Shown piece by piece: positions 22,978 to 24,341 of a stretch of DNA of 24,341 nt (its first letter is position 1; the number at the start of each line of letters is the position of its first letter). The notes beneath the pieces were generated by a model. The model did not search any database. It was given only the letters and a program-made list of their open reading frames with translations, and was not told where the DNA came from. The position numbers and the translations under genes were made by a program. The DNA is from a virus (lineage: Duplodnaviria > Caudoviricetes), in the IMG/VR virus record IMGVR_UViG_3300025151_000294, positions 1 through 24,341 of that record; one strand, written 5' to 3'.

Positions 22978-24341
22978 TAGAACGAAACTCCACCAAATCT
23001 TTTATTAAACTGTACAACGTTGTCTCTACTTCTAAAGATTTTCCTAGAAGGTTTAACTGCCATGTCAACTGCTGAAGCCAAAGCATCTATAACGTCATCG
23101 TGTGCAGGGTTACGAGAAGACAACTCTTCTTCTAGTATCTGAATGTTGCCACCCCTGTAGTGCCACATGCTCATGTTATCATAACGAGGTTCCAAGATAG
23201 AAGCTATCCGTTCTTGTTTGTTGCCTTGGTTTTTATTGGGCCTATACTCGTTGATACTTAAAGACAAACCGTGTTGTTTGATTAGTTCTTTTAGTTGTCT
23301 GACAATAGCCATCTGAGCTACGGTTGTTTCAGCCCTCATCTTTCTGAATGACCACTTGCTGACCAAATGAAAGATGTGATCAAAGTAGACTGAGATACGA
23401 TCAGTCTTAAACCTGTCAATATCTAAGACATAAACATTGTTATCTGCGTCTATTCCTATGACAACGATAGCTGTTGAGTCTGCCTTCTTGGATAAACTAA
23501 ATGCAAAGTCAACGGCTGCATATAGGTTTAACTTGTTGTCTTTATAGAACCAGTATCCGTTTTCTTCTTTTAGGTGCTTACGGTCAAAGTACTGAAACTT
23601 TTCGCTGCCTACGGGTACGTTGTCTGGGTCAGAAGGATCGTTGTAGTACTGTGCTCTGAACTGACCTTTGTCTAAGTACTGGCCCCGTTTCTTAGCGAGA
23701 ATCTTAATGTCAAACCCAAACCACTTACCGTCTTTACGTTGTTGTCTAGGCCAGAGGAACTCACCTGTGCCATCCCCTAGGTCTTCCACTGGTCTCTCGA
23801 ATACCTCGTAGATATTCTCTTCACCTGTCTTCTCACCGTTCTCGTTGTACTGATCTTCCATCATTTGAAGAAGATCGTTGTACAAATCAGCAGGGTGATA
23901 CCTAGTACCTACGACCCACTCTTTCGCTTCAGCACCTTCAATAGAGGAGAGAAGAGAGTATTGACTTTTGACTTTATTCCTTCCCTCGCCTGTATAAGCA
24001 TTTTCGTAAACGACGCAATCATCAAGGACTGCGATGTCGCAATGAAGTCCTGTAAGCGAAGTCGTAAGTCCACCAGTAAAGATCGAAGGGTCTCTAACAT
24101 TCTCTTTCTTCCTTAAAGGATGATCCAACATAATCTCTGAGTTGGTCCATCGTGTACGTTTACCTTCATCAAAGTTTACATGATCAGGCCAGTACCGTCT
24201 GTATATCTCAGATGTAAGTATGCCTTTGATAAAGCCTAGTTGTTTCTCTGCTAGGTTAGCTGTTGCTGAGATATATAGTATTCTAAGTGTCGGGTCTTTG
24301 GTTAGTTCCCATGCAACCCTGTAAGCTATAAGTCTTGACTT
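22977..24341 (-). CDS. terL: Terminase large subunit, 5'-truncated by the window
   Basis: Frame stays open to the window edge (KSRLIAYRVAW..., end of Walker A). Walker B IAVLDD, GTRYH coupling motif, nuclease AVDFA and HDDVIDALA. Confidence 0.93.
   Translation of the reverse strand, partial: KSRLIAYRVAWELTKDPTLRILYISATANLAEKQLGFIKGILTSEIYRRYWPDHVNFDEGKRTRWTNSEIMLDHPLRKKENVRDPSIFTGGLTTSLTGLHCDIAVLDDCVVYENAYTGEGRNKVKSQYSLLSSIEGAEAKEWVVGTRYHPADLYNDLLQMMEDQYNENGEKTGEENIYEVFERPVEDLGDGTGEFLWPRQQRKDGKWFGFDIKILAKKRGQYLDKGQFRAQYYNDPSDPDNVPVGSEKFQYFDRKHLKEENGYWFYKDNKLNLYAAVDFAFSLSKKADSTAIVVIGIDADNNVYVLDIDRFKTDRISVYFDHIFHLVSKWSFRKMRAETTVAQMAIVRQLKELIKQHGLSLSINEYRPNKNQGNKQERIASILEPRYDNMSMWHYRGGNIQILEEELSSRNPAHDDVIDALASAVDMAVKPSRKIFRSRDNVVQFNKRFGGVSF

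Noticed and set aside
6536-24116. Remaining short ORFs nested in or antisense to structural genes (e.g. 8360-8683, 13226-13546, 14210-14434, 14217-14471, 19366-19641, 23865-24116)
   Set aside because: They are fully overlapped by long genes. The poly-Cys and poly-Gln runs come from frame-shifted Ala codons.

Overview
This window is the central part of a lytic, podovirus-type dsDNA phage genome with two convergent arms. The + arm (1-4323) is a DNA and nucleotide metabolism module: 5'-3' exonuclease (truncated), T7 endonuclease I-like resolvase, small acidic protein, MazG-like protein, monomeric class II (B12-dependent) ribonucleotide reductase, PD-(D/E)XK-like nuclease, DUF3310 protein and a Cys-rich exported protein. 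The - arm (24341 down to 4320) runs large terminase (truncated), portal, scaffold, major capsid, probable decoration protein, tail adaptor and nozzle, GNAT protein, three internal virion proteins, a CHAP/NlpC-P60-type peptidoglycan hydrolase, a probable unimolecular spanin and a putative holin, ending in a chain of very small Lys/Arg-rich genes. The layout plus class II RNR matches Cobavirinae/Zobellviridae (SIO1-like roseophages); this is from recall, not a search. Reading by hand adds four micro-ORFs missing from the ORF track, two near-consensus sigma70 promoters and two intrinsic terminators, one hidden in the antisense of a Lys-rich gene. No tRNA, CRISPR array or integrase was seen.
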